From contig CAVYCN010000003.1 of the NCBI GenBank assembly GCA_963767005.1, positions 192,001 to 256,000 of the forward strand: a stretch of DNA of 64,000 bases, written 5' to 3'. The DNA comes from an uncultured Actinomycetes bacterium. GTDB lineage: Bacteria > Actinomycetota > Thermoleophilia > UBA2241. This document shows, piece after piece, positions 22,230 to 32,201 of the stretch (position 1 is its first letter; each line of letters opens with the position of its first letter). The notes beneath the pieces were generated by a model. That model made no database searches. It was not told where the DNA came from and saw nothing but the letters and a program-made list of their open reading frames with translations. The position numbers were made by a program, and so were the translations under genes.

Positions 22230-22880
22230 TCAGGCCACGCCGAGCAGGCCCTTGGCGGCACTCACGGCCTCGATGGCGTCCTCGGCGTAGCCGTCGGCGC
22301 CGATCTCATCGGCCCAGGCGCGCGTCGTCGGGGCGCCGCCGATCATCACCTTGATCGACTCGCGCAGACCGGCGGCCTTCAGGGCCTCGATCGTCTTTTG
22401 CTGGTTGGGCATGGTGGTGGTCAGCAGGGCACTGAGCAGCAGCAGGTCGGGCTTGACGGACTGGCAGGTGGCGACGAAGGTCTCGGGGGCCACGTCGCAG
22501 CCCACGTCGGTGACCTCAAAGCCGGCCGCGCTGAGCATGGAGCAGACGATCGTCTTGCCGATCTCGTGGATGTCGCCGGCCACCGTGCCGGCGACCGCGA
22601 TGCCGGTCGCCTTGCGGCCCTCCTTGGAGGCATCCAGGGCGGGCTGCAGGACCTTCACCGCGGCCTTCATGGCCTCGGCCCCCTGGACCAGCTCGGGCAG
22701 GAAGAACTCGCCCTTGCCGAACAGCTCGCCGACGGTCTCGATGCCCTTGACGAAGCCCTTGTCCAGGATGTCGGCCGCACTGAGGCCGGCGTCGAGGCCC
22801 TGCTGGGCCAAGGCGGCGGCGCTGTCGTCTTCGCCGTCGATCACCGCCTGGGCCATCTTTGCGTAGAGTTCGTCGCTCAC
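22230..22880 (-). CDS. Methyltransferase cognate corrinoid protein (MtbC/MttC-like)
   Basis: B12 cap (FLPEL) plus GDIHEIGK, SALLTTT, IGGAP; GTG after AAGGAGG. Confidence 0.92.
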   Translation of the reverse strand: MSDELYAKMAQAVIDGEDDSAAALAQQGLDAGLSAADILDKGFVKGIETVGELFGKGEFFLPELVQGAEAMKAAVKVLQPALDASKEGRKATGIAVAGTVAGDIHEIGKTIVCSMLSAAGFEVTDVGCDVAPETFVATCQSVKPDLLLLSALLTTTMPNQQKTIEALKAAGLRESIKVMIGGAPTTRAWADEIGADGYAEDAIEAVSAAKGLLGVA

Positions 22881-23155
22881 CAGGTCCTCCTTCACGCACT
22901 GCTGCCGTCAGCAAGGTCTTCTCGCTCCGGGCGCTCGAACGCGCAGGCCGGCAAGAAGCTCAGGTTGCAGGACACGTCCGACCCCATCGTCGCGCACGGA
23001 CGCCGGCTCAGGCTACAGAAGCCCGACTCGCTCTGCAACCGGGCGTCCACGCGCCGCCGATCCACCCCTTGCGCCGCGCCCAGTTCCCGTTACCATACCT
23101 GCGGCGCATGGGCGGTGCGTCGCGCCCGCGCGAGACGACGACCAGGGGGGCATCC

Positions 23156-23773
23156 GTGAAGTTCAGCCTCGTGCCGCAGGAACGGGAGTACTTCCGCCTG
23201 TTCTCCGACTTCGCTGCGACGCTCGACCAGGCCGCCCAGCTACTGGTCTCCCTCCTTGCCGACTACGCCACGCTGAAGAGCGCCGCCCGCGAGATGACCG
23301 AGCTCGAGCATGTCGGCGACAAGATCGTGCACGACATCGTCAACCGCCTGAACAAGAGCTTCGTCACGCCACTCGATCGCGAGGACATCTACAACCTCTC
23401 ATCGACCCTCGACGAGATCCTCGACAGCATCGAAGCCGCGGTCGATCTGCTGCTGCTCTACCGCATCCCGCAGCCCACGGCCCACCTGGTCGAGCAGGCC
23501 GCGGTACTGGGCAAGCAGACGTCGCTGGTGCGCACGGCGATCGACGGCCTCGAGAAGCGCAAGGGCCTCGAACAGTACTGGATCGAGCTCAACCGCCTCG
23601 AGAACGACGGCGACCGGCTGCACCGCGACGCCGTCGCGGAGCTGTTCGACGGCGACATGAAGTGCACCGACATCATCAAGTGGAAGGACATCTACACGAC
23701 CCTCGAGGCGGCCATCGACCAGTGCGAGGACGTCGCCAACATCATCGAGACGATCGTCCTCAAGAACACCTGA
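23156..23773 (+). CDS. DUF47 PhoU-like phosphate transport regulator
   Basis: LEHVGD, FVTPLDREDI, LENDGD, IIKWKDIY; precedes pit. Confidence 0.9.
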   Translation: MKFSLVPQEREYFRLFSDFAATLDQAAQLLVSLLADYATLKSAAREMTELEHVGDKIVHDIVNRLNKSFVTPLDREDIYNLSSTLDEILDSIEAAVDLLLLYRIPQPTAHLVEQAAVLGKQTSLVRTAIDGLEKRKGLEQYWIELNRLENDGDRLHRDAVAELFDGDMKCTDIIKWKDIYTTLEAAIDQCEDVANIIETIVLKNT

Positions 23774-23807
23774 TGCCCGCCGTCTTCCTCACCGTCACGG
23801 CCGCCTG

Positions 23808-24791
23808 ATGCTGCTCATCGTCGTCATCTTCGTCGCCCTCGGCTTCGACTTCACGAACGGCTTCCACGACTCGGCCAACGCGATCGCTACGTCGATCTCG
23901 ACGCGCGCCCTGTCGCCGCGCGTCGCCCTGGCCATGGCCGCCGCGCTCAACCTCGCGGGCGCCTTCATCAGCCAGAACGTCGCCAAGACGGTGGGCAAGG
24001 GCATCGTGGCGTTGCCGGCCGACTCACAGAGGGTCGTGCTCGCGGCGCTCATTGGCGCCATCGTCTGGAACCTCGTCACCTGGCGCTTCGGCATCCCCTC
24101 GAGCTCATCACACGCGCTGATCGGCGGTCTCGTCGGCGCGACCCTGGTCGCCGTCGGCGTGAGCGGCGTCGAGTGGACCGGCATCTGGCACAAGGTCGTG
24201 CTGCCCATGGTGTCGTCGCCGCTGCTCGGCCTGCTCGCCGCGTTCGTGCTCATGAACCTGCTGCTGCTGCTCGTGTTCCGCTGGTCGCCACGACCGGTGA
24301 ACCGCACCTTCCGTATCCTGCAGCCGGTCTCGGCCGGCGCCGTCGCCCTCGCTCATGGCATGAACGACGCGCAGAAGACGATGGGCGTGATCACCCTCGC
24401 GCTCATCACCTCGGGCCATCTGCCGAAGACGGCCGACATCCCGATCTGGGTGATCCTGCTGTCGGCCCTCTCGATCGCCCTCGGGACCTACAGCGGCGGC
24501 TGGCGCATCATCCGTACCCTCGGCACCAAGGTGATCCACCTCGACCCGATCCACGGCTTCGCCGCCGAGGCGAGCTCGGCGGCCGTGATCTGGACGGCCA
24601 GCACGCTCGGCTACCCGATCTCCACGACGCAGACGATCACCGCCTCGATCATGGGCTCGGGCGCCACCGGCGGCCTCTCCGCCGTCAAATGGGGCGTGGC
24701 CGGCAACATCGTCTGGGCCTGGATCCTGACCATCCCGGCGGCCGGGGCGGTGGCGGCCGGCGCCTACCTGCTCGTCAATCTGGCCCACTAG
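23808..24791 (+). CDS. Inorganic phosphate transporter, PiT family
   Basis: NGFHDSANAIAT, GIPSSSSH, HGMNDAQK; TAG stop. Confidence 0.93.
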   Translation: MLLIVVIFVALGFDFTNGFHDSANAIATSISTRALSPRVALAMAAALNLAGAFISQNVAKTVGKGIVALPADSQRVVLAALIGAIVWNLVTWRFGIPSSSSHALIGGLVGATLVAVGVSGVEWTGIWHKVVLPMVSSPLLGLLAAFVLMNLLLLLVFRWSPRPVNRTFRILQPVSAGAVALAHGMNDAQKTMGVITLALITSGHLPKTADIPIWVILLSALSIALGTYSGGWRIIRTLGTKVIHLDPIHGFAAEASSAAVIWTASTLGYPISTTQTITASIMGSGATGGLSAVKWGVAGNIVWAWILTIPAAGAVAAGAYLLVNLAH

Positions 24792-24810
24792 CGCGCGCGA
24801 GCGGGGGGTC

Positions 24811-24841
24811 GCGATCCCGCAGACGCAGCGATCCCGCAGAC
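24811..24841. repeat. Short direct repeat gcgatcccgcagac x2
   Basis: Two 14-bp copies separated by 3 bp just after pit. Confidence 0.6.
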
Positions 24842-25190
24842 CTCGCGACCCGTCACCTCCCGCGGGGTTTGGTGTGTCGTTTCGCTCGATCTCCACCCGG
24901 GAAGGCTGCCCGAGGGTACAGGCCGACAGAGGAGCAGACGATCTCGACACACGACCAGGCGAGCGCCGACGGCGACGGGCTTATCGACCGCATCCGCCGG
25001 TGGATCGCCGGCCAGGCAGCGCCCGACGGCCTGCTGGACCACGGCCGCCCGGCGCACCCTGTGAGTGCCGGTCGCTTTGACTTCGAGCGGCGTCGTGCGG
25101 TACCGTTCATTAGTTCAGGTGCCGAACCCGTCCCCCCCGTCGCCCGCCGCCGCGTCGCCAGACGACCCGCCCAGGGCAGTTGAGGTGAGC

Positions 25191-26600
25191 ATGAAGATCC
25201 GCATGATCGAACCCGAACCGCCGGACATGAACGTCTTCAGCATGATCCAGCTCCCGCGGCTCGGCCTGCCGATCATGGGCGCTACGCTCAGGGCAAACGG
25301 CCACGACGTGCGCATCTACAACTCGAACATCGCGCCCATCGACTGGAACGACGTCCTGTCGTCCGACCTCGTCGGCATCTCGACGACGACCTCGACCGTC
25401 ACCGAAGGCTACCGCTTCGCCGACAGCTGCCGCGAGCACGGCATCCCCGTCATCATGGGCGGCTCGCACGTCACCTTCCTGGCCGACGAGGCGCTCGGCC
25501 ACGCCGACTTCGTGGCTCGCGGCGAGGGCGGCGAGCAGCTCATGCTCGAGCTGATCGCGGCGCTCGAGTCGGGCGGCACGTTCGACCACATCAAAGGTCT
25601 GTCGTTCACGCGCGACGGCGAAGCCGTGCACAACGAGGCCCGCGGCCAGTGCACCGTGCTCGACGACCTCCCGTTCCCGGCGCTCGACCTGATCCACGGC
25701 TACGAGAACATGAAGACCACGCCGATGATGACGAGCTGGGGCTGCCCGTTCCACTGCAACTTCTGCTCGGTCACGGCCATGTTCGGCCGCAAATACCGGT
25801 TCCGCAGCACCGACAACATCATCGCCGAGCTCAAGCAGCGCCAGCCGCGCAAGATCTTCTTCTACGACGACAACCTGGCCGCCGACAAGAAGCGCCTCAA
25901 GGAGCTCTGCCAGCGCATGCTCGACGAAGACATCGTCGTGCCCTGGTCGGCCCAGATGCGTACCGATGTCGTGCGCGATCCCGAGCTGCTCGACCTCATG
26001 CACCGCACGGGCTGCTTTCGCGCCTACCTCGGCCTCGAGTCGGTCAGCCAGGAGACCCTCGACGCCTTCGACAAGCACCAGAGCGTCGACGACATTGTGC
26101 AGGCCATCCGCATCCTCCACGAGCACGGCATCGAGTCGCACGGCATGTTCGTGCTGGGCGCCGACACCGACACCAAGCAGTCGGTGCGTGAGACGGTCAA
26201 GTTCGCCATGAAGAACCACATCGACACGATCCAGCTCGCGGCCCTCACGCCGCTGCCCGGTACGCCGCTCTACGACGAGCTCGACGCCGCCGGTCGCATC
26301 TTCGAGAAGCAGTGGTACCTCTACGACGCCCAGCACGTCGTCTTCGAGCCGGCCAACATGACGGCCTACGAGCTGCAGCTCGAGGCGCTGCGCGGCTACA
26401 TGAAGTTCTACTCGAAACGCCAGTGGGCGAAGTACTTCTTCACCTTCCGTTTCACCAAGCTGCTCTTCCAGACCTGGGGCTGGTGGATCGTGCGCACGTG
26501 GCGCAAGAACAAGGCCAACCAGGCTTTCATGCAATACCTGCAGAAGCTCCCGCGGCCGCGGCCGCAGCAGGTGGCGCGGACCTCAGAGTCGCAGCGGTAG
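25191..26600 (+). CDS. B12-binding domain radical SAM protein
   Basis: PRLGL, GGSHVT, RGEG, CPFHCNFC, DDN, GLES, TPLPGT; TAG stop. Confidence 0.9.
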   Translation: MKIRMIEPEPPDMNVFSMIQLPRLGLPIMGATLRANGHDVRIYNSNIAPIDWNDVLSSDLVGISTTTSTVTEGYRFADSCREHGIPVIMGGSHVTFLADEALGHADFVARGEGGEQLMLELIAALESGGTFDHIKGLSFTRDGEAVHNEARGQCTVLDDLPFPALDLIHGYENMKTTPMMTSWGCPFHCNFCSVTAMFGRKYRFRSTDNIIAELKQRQPRKIFFYDDNLAADKKRLKELCQRMLDEDIVVPWSAQMRTDVVRDPELLDLMHRTGCFRAYLGLESVSQETLDAFDKHQSVDDIVQAIRILHEHGIESHGMFVLGADTDTKQSVRETVKFAMKNHIDTIQLAALTPLPGTPLYDELDAAGRIFEKQWYLYDAQHVVFEPANMTAYELQLEALRGYMKFYSKRQWAKYFFTFRFTKLLFQTWGWWIVRTWRKNKANQAFMQYLQKLPRPRPQQVARTSESQR

Positions 26601-26697
26601 GCGCCACCCCCGTCACGCACGCCTGAGCGGCGACGAAGTCGCTCGCCGGCACCAGGCGCTCACCGTGGCCGGGCGACGACGAAGTCGCCCGCCCAGG

Positions 26698-27291
26698 CTA
26701 GGCGGCGGCGAGCACGATCAACTGGTAGACGACGAGCGCCGCGTACACGGCCGCGAGGCCGACGCTGGCGAGCAGGACGAGGCGGCGGCGGCGCTGCGAC
26801 CACAGGAAGAGCGCACCGGCCGTGACCACGCTCATCTTGATGAGCGCCGCCGGCACGAACCCCAGGCGCAGGAAGAACCCCATGATGGCGTTGGCCTCGA
26901 CCGCCCCGAGCGACAGCGCGCGCCGGGTGAGCAGCACGTCCTCGAGGTTGAACAGCCAGAGCAGCACGAGGGCGGCACCGATCACGAGACGCCGGCCCCT
27001 GTCGGCGACCGGCGCGGCCGCGGGCAGCGAGCACGGGCAGGGCGGCGCGACGGCGAGCCCCGCGCCGAGCCGGTAAGGCACGATCGACAGGCGGCCGCAG
27101 TCGCCACAGGTGTGGACCAGGGCGAGCTCGGCGCCGTTGGAGCGCAGGCGCGGCGCCTGCAGGTGACGGCGCTCGTCGCCGGCGTAGGCCGGGTGCTCGG
27201 CGGCCCGCCGGTCCCGCACCAGGCTGACGCCCGGCAGCGCGGCGGGCAGACGGTCGTCGAGACCGGGGTCGATGAGGACGACGGTGCTCAC
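26698..27291 (-). CDS. Membrane protein with DUF5658-like C-terminus
   Basis: FNLED..LT...GAVEANAIM and hydrophobic helices; N-terminal CGDC/CPC; TAG stop. Confidence 0.6.
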   Translation of the reverse strand: MSTVVLIDPGLDDRLPAALPGVSLVRDRRAAEHPAYAGDERRHLQAPRLRSNGAELALVHTCGDCGRLSIVPYRLGAGLAVAPPCPCSLPAAAPVADRGRRLVIGAALVLLWLFNLEDVLLTRRALSLGAVEANAIMGFFLRLGFVPAALIKMSVVTAGALFLWSQRRRRLVLLASVGLAAVYAALVVYQLIVLAAA

Positions 27292-27442
27292 GGGGCGGCA
27301 GACGGCGCTGGGCGCGCCCAGTCATGCCGGCGGTCGCCCGCCGTTCGTGCTACGTCTGCGACACTGTCCACCGCATCACCCCCCCTCGAAGGCGCACTGT
27401 ACGACACAAACCCGGCCCGCGCCAAGCCCTCGCACCCTCAGA

Positions 27443-27651
27443 GCCGTCCCAGATGCGGCTCAGGGCCGCGAGCCGGGACCGGCCCGACCGAGCCGCCTGG
27501 AGCCCTTCGGGCGGGCCGAGGAGAGGGCCTGCAAGGTCTCCGGGGCCACCGGCCTTCCTTGAAATGCCGGGTGGCCGATGGTACGGTACCCCGGACCCGA
27601 GAGGAGCCAGCGGGGTCGAACGTTTGAGGAGTCGCGTCGGGCGACGACGGC
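27443..27651 (+). ncRNA. Candidate ~210-nt structured RNA (6S-like rod or cis-leader)
   Basis: Ends pair (GCCGUC/GACGGC; CCAGAUGCGGCUC/GAGUCGCGUCGGG); internal stems UCCGGGG/CCCCGGA and GGCCACCGGC/GCCGGGUGGCC. Confidence 0.5.
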
Positions 27652-27706
27652 GTGCCCACGTCCGGGCGTACGCGCCGTGATGCCGAGCCCCGCAAGGAGG
27701 CGATGC

Positions 27707-28723
27707 ATGAAGCGCAAGCGCAGGATCTTCTTGGTCGCCCTCACCGCCGCACTGCTCGTTCTCCCCTTCGCCCTCCCCTCCACCTCCGCCGCCGAGACGC
27801 TCGCTCAGAAGCGCGCCCGCGCGCACGAGATCATCGGCCAGCTCGCCACGCTCGACGCCCGCATGGAGCGTGTCGTCGAAAGCTACGACGCCGCGACCGG
27901 CAAGCTCGCCGCCATCCAGGCACGCATCACCCAGAACGAGCACACCCTCGCGGTCACGCACTACGACCTGCAGCTCGCCAAGGCCACGCTGCAGCAGCGC
28001 GTGGTCGCGATCTACAAGCAGCGTCCGGTCGACATGCTCGACGTGATCGTCGCCACCAAGAGCTTCTCGTCGATGGTCGACCAGCTCTCGATGCTGCACC
28101 GCGTGAGCTCCGACGAGTCGACCATGATCGACTCGATCGCCACCTATCGCAAGACGATCAAGGGGGCCCAGGCGGCACTCGCCACAGAGAAGGTCGCCGC
28201 CCAGGCGCTCGTCACCCAGCGGACCGCCGAGAAGGATCGCGTCGAGCACACGCTCGCCGTGCGCCAGTCGATGCTGCGCGGCGTCAAGGCGCAGATCGCC
28301 GCGATCGAAGCTGCCCAGTCGCGCGCCGCCGAAGAGAGCGCCGCGCACTCGGGCGGGCAGGTCCTCACGTCGGTCCCGGTCAACCCCGACCACAGCAGCG
28401 TGGTCGCCTTCGCCGAGAGCTTCGTCGGCAAGTCACCCTATGTCTGGGGCGGCGCCTCGCCGTCGGGTTTCGACTGCTCCGGCTTCACCATGTACTGCTG
28501 GGGCGCCTTCGGCGTCAGCCTGCCGCACAACGCGGCCGCCCAGCAGTCCATGTGCGCCAGCTCGACCGGCGACCCGCAGCCGGGCGACCTCGTGTTCTTC
28601 GGCAGCCCGGCCTACCACGTCGGCCTCTACGTCGGCGGCGGCAGCATGGTGAACGCGCCGCACACCGGCTGCTACGTGAGCTACGGCTCGGTGGCCGGCA
28701 ACTCGGGGTTCGGCCGGCCCTAG
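27707..28723 (+). CDS. Secreted coiled-coil plus NlpC/P60 peptidoglycan endopeptidase
   Basis: Signal peptide, coiled coil, PYVWGG, FDCSGF, HVGLY; TAG stop. Confidence 0.92.
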   Translation: MKRKRRIFLVALTAALLVLPFALPSTSAAETLAQKRARAHEIIGQLATLDARMERVVESYDAATGKLAAIQARITQNEHTLAVTHYDLQLAKATLQQRVVAIYKQRPVDMLDVIVATKSFSSMVDQLSMLHRVSSDESTMIDSIATYRKTIKGAQAALATEKVAAQALVTQRTAEKDRVEHTLAVRQSMLRGVKAQIAAIEAAQSRAAEESAAHSGGQVLTSVPVNPDHSSVVAFAESFVGKSPYVWGGASPSGFDCSGFTMYCWGAFGVSLPHNAAAQQSMCASSTGDPQPGDLVFFGSPAYHVGLYVGGGSMVNAPHTGCYVSYGSVAGNSGFGRP

Positions 28724-28944
28724 CAGGCCCCAGGCCGGCCGGCGCCCGGCCGCGCGCCCATCATCGCCCGCCCCGACCGGCCGCCACGCGGGCCGCCACA
28801 CACCCCCCGGCTCGTCGTCCGTCACCACAGGTGTAAACATCTGCGCGCTCCGGCCGATGAAGGAGAGGGACCCACGTCGGCGCCGCGCACCTCGAGCGAC
28901 GGCCGACACGCCCGCGACCTCGTGGCAACGACGGAGATGAGCAC

Positions 28945-30036
28945 GTGAAGACGGTAGACGAGCTGCTGAACGAGATGGTCTCGCGCAACGCGTCCGACCT
29001 TCACATCAAGGCCGGCAGCCCGCCGGTGGTGCGCGTCGACGGCGAGCTCCACCTGCTCGACGAGCCCGTCCTGTCGCCCGAGGACACCAAGGACGCCGCG
29101 GCCTCGATCATGACCGACAAGCAGATCCGCCGGTTCAGCGAGCACAACGAGATCGACTTCGCCTACTCGGCGGTCAACGTCGGCCGGTTCCGCGTGAACA
29201 TCTACCGCCAGCGCGGCAGCATCTCGGTCGCGATGCGCCAGGTGGCCACGCAGATCCCCTCGTTCGAGAGCCTGAAGCTGCCCGACATCATCAAGCGCCT
29301 CGCGCTCGAGCCACGCGGCCTGGTCCTCGTGACCGGCACGACGGGCTCAGGCAAGACCACCACCCTGGCGGCGATGATCGACCACATCAACAACACGCTG
29401 CGCCGCCACATCGTCACGATCGAAGACCCGATCGAGGTGCTCCACAAGGACCGCAAGGCGGTCATCAACCAGCGCGAGATCGGGCTCGACACCGAGTCGT
29501 ACGGCAGCGCCCTCAAGTACGTGCTGCGACAGGACCCCGACGACATCCTGATCGGCGAGATGCGCGACGTCGAGACCGTGTCGGCGGCGCTCACCGCCGC
29601 CCAGACGGGCCACTTCGTGATGAGCACGCTGCACACGATCGACGCGACCGAGACGATCAACCGCATCATCGACTTCTTCCCGCTGCACCAGCAGAAGCAG
29701 GTGCGCATCATGCTCGCCGGCACGCTGCGCGGCATCATCTCGCAGCGCCTCCTGCCACGCGCCGACGGCCAGGGCCGCGTGCCGGCCGTCGAGGTCATGG
29801 TCATGACGAGCCGCATCCGCGACTTCGTGCTCGACCCCGACCAGACGTCGATGATCGGCGCGGCCATCAAGGAAGGCGAGTTCTACGGCATGATGACCTT
29901 CGACCAGGCCCTGCTGAAGCTCTACGAGCAAGGCCACATCACGCTGCACGACGCCGCCCAGGTGGCCAACAACCCGCACGACTTCAAGCTGCTCGTGCAG
30001 TCGCAGGGCCACGACGTCAGCCTGATGACCTTCTAG
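28945..30036 (+). CDS. pilT: Type IV pilus retraction ATPase, PilT/PilU family
   Basis: ASDLHI, GTTGSGKTTT, TIEDPIE, LRQDPD, GEMRD; TAG stop. Confidence 0.88.
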   Translation: MKTVDELLNEMVSRNASDLHIKAGSPPVVRVDGELHLLDEPVLSPEDTKDAAASIMTDKQIRRFSEHNEIDFAYSAVNVGRFRVNIYRQRGSISVAMRQVATQIPSFESLKLPDIIKRLALEPRGLVLVTGTTGSGKTTTLAAMIDHINNTLRRHIVTIEDPIEVLHKDRKAVINQREIGLDTESYGSALKYVLRQDPDDILIGEMRDVETVSAALTAAQTGHFVMSTLHTIDATETINRIIDFFPLHQQKQVRIMLAGTLRGIISQRLLPRADGQGRVPAVEVMVMTSRIRDFVLDPDQTSMIGAAIKEGEFYGMMTFDQALLKLYEQGHITLHDAAQVANNPHDFKLLVQSQGHDVSLMTF

Positions 30037-30149
30037 GCAGCCGTGGCCTCACGGCCGCCGGCGGCACCGCCCGCCCGACCCGAACGGCGTCGTTGCGGTG
30101 GCGCGAGGGAGACTCGACCGCCCTTGCCGGCGCGACCGAAGGGCCGGGC

Positions 30150-30833
30150 CTAGAGCAGGACCTTGCGGCTCTCGAGATGCAGGTCGACCTTGCGCTTGAT
30201 GCGCTGCAGCGCGTTGTCGACGGTCTTGCAATCGCAGTCGAGCTGGCGGGCGATCTTCTCGTACGACAACCCCTGCAGGTAGAGCCGCAGCACGCGGCTC
30301 TCGAGGGTCGAGAGCAGGCGCGTGAGGCAGTGCATCAGGCTCTCGACCTCCTCGGCCGAGATCACCTGGTTCACGGGGTCGTTCACCGACGAGCCGGGCA
30401 GGACGTCGGCCAGGCTGCACTCGCCGTCGTCGCCGGCGTCGCTGGGCGTGTGGCTGAACGACAGGTAGCCGTTCAAGGGCACGTGCTTCTGACGCGTGGC
30501 AGTCTTGATCGCGGTGATGATCTGCCGCGTGATGCACAGCTCGGCGAAGCTGCGGAACGACGCCTGGCGGTCATCGCGGTAGTCGCGCACCGCCTTGTAG
30601 AGCCCGACCATGCCTTCCTGGATCAGGTCCTCGGAGTCGCCGCCGGCCAGAAAGTACGAGCTCGCCTTGAGGCGCACGAACTGGTGGTAGCGCAGGATGA
30701 GCGCGTTGAGGGCCTTCTGGTCGCCGCGACGGTACGAGTTGACGAGGGCGAGATCGGAACTCTCGGAGTGGACCTGAGGGTTAGAGAGACGACCTGCCGT
30801 CCGGCTGCTGTCGGCCTGTCGCCGCTGCGTCAT
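30150..30833 (-). CDS. sigH: RNA polymerase sigma factor of the Firmicutes SigH (Spo0H) family
   Basis: EDLIQEGMVGLYKAVRDY, SFAELCITRQIITAIKTATRQKH, KTVDNALQRIKRK; TAG stop. Confidence 0.9.
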   Translation of the reverse strand: MTQRRQADSSRTAGRLSNPQVHSESSDLALVNSYRRGDQKALNALILRYHQFVRLKASSYFLAGGDSEDLIQEGMVGLYKAVRDYRDDRQASFRSFAELCITRQIITAIKTATRQKHVPLNGYLSFSHTPSDAGDDGECSLADVLPGSSVNDPVNQVISAEEVESLMHCLTRLLSTLESRVLRLYLQGLSYEKIARQLDCDCKTVDNALQRIKRKVDLHLESRKVLL

Positions 30834-30862
30834 GCCGTATGACCCCCCGAGCTTCAGCCTGA

Positions 30863-31384
30863 CTACTCTTGACTGCCGCCCTCGCGCCTCAGGCGTTCCA
30901 GCTTTCGCCAAGTCTCAAGGTCAAGTTTATCCTCAAGTCTCTGCGGTATTCTACTGGTCTTTTCGTGGTTTGCAAGGTCTTTCTGGCCTCCGGACAGGGC
31001 CGCGCCGAGCTCACGGGGGGTCATGCGCCGCACTCCGGCACGGGCGGCCGTACGCTGCACTTCGTAGTCGGCCGACACCACGACGATGGCCGCGTCGGCC
31101 GGCTCGCCGGCGATGCGCCGCGCGATCACCTCGTCGGCGGTCTGCGAGCCGCCGGCGAAGCAGACCTCGACGCCCGTGCCGGCCAGCGGCTCGCAGGTCG
31201 CGCGCGGCTGCGAGTGGGCGTCGAAGACGAGGGTCACCCGGGCGCCCTGCAGCGCGGCGAAGCCGGCGAGCTGGTCGGCCAGCCAGCGGCGCAGGTCGTC
31301 GAGCTGTTCGCGGCGCAGGTCGGGGTACAGCGCGTGCAGCACGTTGTAGCCGTCGACGATATATGAGTCGTGAGAGCCGGCCAT
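30863..31384 (-). CDS. NYN domain ribonuclease, YacP/Rae1-like
   Basis: IVDGYN, LVFD, TADEVI, VVSAD; context upstream of sigH; TAG stop. Confidence 0.85.
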   Translation of the reverse strand: MAGSHDSYIVDGYNVLHALYPDLRREQLDDLRRWLADQLAGFAALQGARVTLVFDAHSQPRATCEPLAGTGVEVCFAGGSQTADEVIARRIAGEPADAAIVVVSADYEVQRTAARAGVRRMTPRELGAALSGGQKDLANHEKTSRIPQRLEDKLDLETWRKLERLRREGGSQE

Positions 31385-31388
31385 GACG

Positions 31389-32156
31389 CTAGCCTGCCCC
31401 GCCGCCGCGAGGCTCACGCCGGGGACCGCCGGCGGCCGCGGCCGCGCGCTGGCGGCGCGCCTCGTACAGGAACAGCGCCGCCGCGACGCTCACGTTGAGG
31501 CTGCCGACCGGGCCCGCCATTGGGATGGCGGCAAGGTCGTCGCAGGCGCGCCGCACGAGCGGTCGCAGACCGCGCCCCTCGGCCCCGAAGACCAGGGTCA
31601 CGCGACCGGTGAGGTCGAGCTCGTCGAAACCGCGGCCGGCCTCACCGGCCGCGCCGTACACCCAGTGACCGGCCTGCTTGCAGTCGGCCAGGAACGCGAC
31701 GAGGTTGCCGATGTGGGCGATGGCGAGGTGCTCGGTGGCGCCGGCCGCGGCCTTGACGGCGGCCGGCGTGACCGCGGCCGCGCGGTGACGCGGCAGAGCG
31801 AGCGCGCCGGCGCCGGCCGCCAGCGCGCTGCGCGCCACGGCGCCGAGGTTGCGCGGGTCGCTCACCTCGTCGAGCACGACCAGCAGGTCGGCGGCGAGCG
31901 CGTCGGCCGGCGCGGCGTAGGGGTAGTCACCGACCTGGCAGGCGAGGCCCTGGTGCTCGCGGCTGCCGGTCAGGCGCTGCAGGTCGACGGGCGCGAGGCG
32001 TTCGGTGGGCAGGCCGGGCTCGCCGGCGTGGGCCGCGAGCCAGGCGAGACCCTCGTCGGTGCCGGCGAGGGTGCGCGGGCGGCGCTTCGCGCCGCCCGCG
32101 CAGGCCAGGCGCACGACCTGACGACCGTACAGCCAGTCCACGACTAGGCGCTCCAC
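31389..32156 (-). CDS. rlmB: 23S rRNA Gm2251 methyltransferase (TrmH family)
   Basis: HQG, DPRNLGA, GAEGRG, SLNVSVAA; start may be the GTG near 32141; TAG stop. Confidence 0.9.
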   Translation of the reverse strand: MERLVVDWLYGRQVVRLACAGGAKRRPRTLAGTDEGLAWLAAHAGEPGLPTERLAPVDLQRLTGSREHQGLACQVGDYPYAAPADALAADLLVVLDEVSDPRNLGAVARSALAAGAGALALPRHRAAAVTPAAVKAAAGATEHLAIAHIGNLVAFLADCKQAGHWVYGAAGEAGRGFDELDLTGRVTLVFGAEGRGLRPLVRRACDDLAAIPMAGPVGSLNVSVAAALFLYEARRQRAAAAAGGPRREPRGGGAG

Positions 32157-32201
32157 GAAGTCAAGCCCACCTGAGCGATGACGACGAAGTCGCTCATCGG
32201 C

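Noticed and set aside
22960-22985. Possible sigma54 promoter upstream of the first corrinoid gene
   Set aside because: GG-to-GC spacing is 9 nt rather than 10
27300-27706. c-di-AMP (ydaO) riboswitch before the NlpC/P60 gene
   Set aside because: Only partial resemblance; the conserved GGGGUGAA and CAGCU.ACC segments were not found; kept as an unassigned RNA
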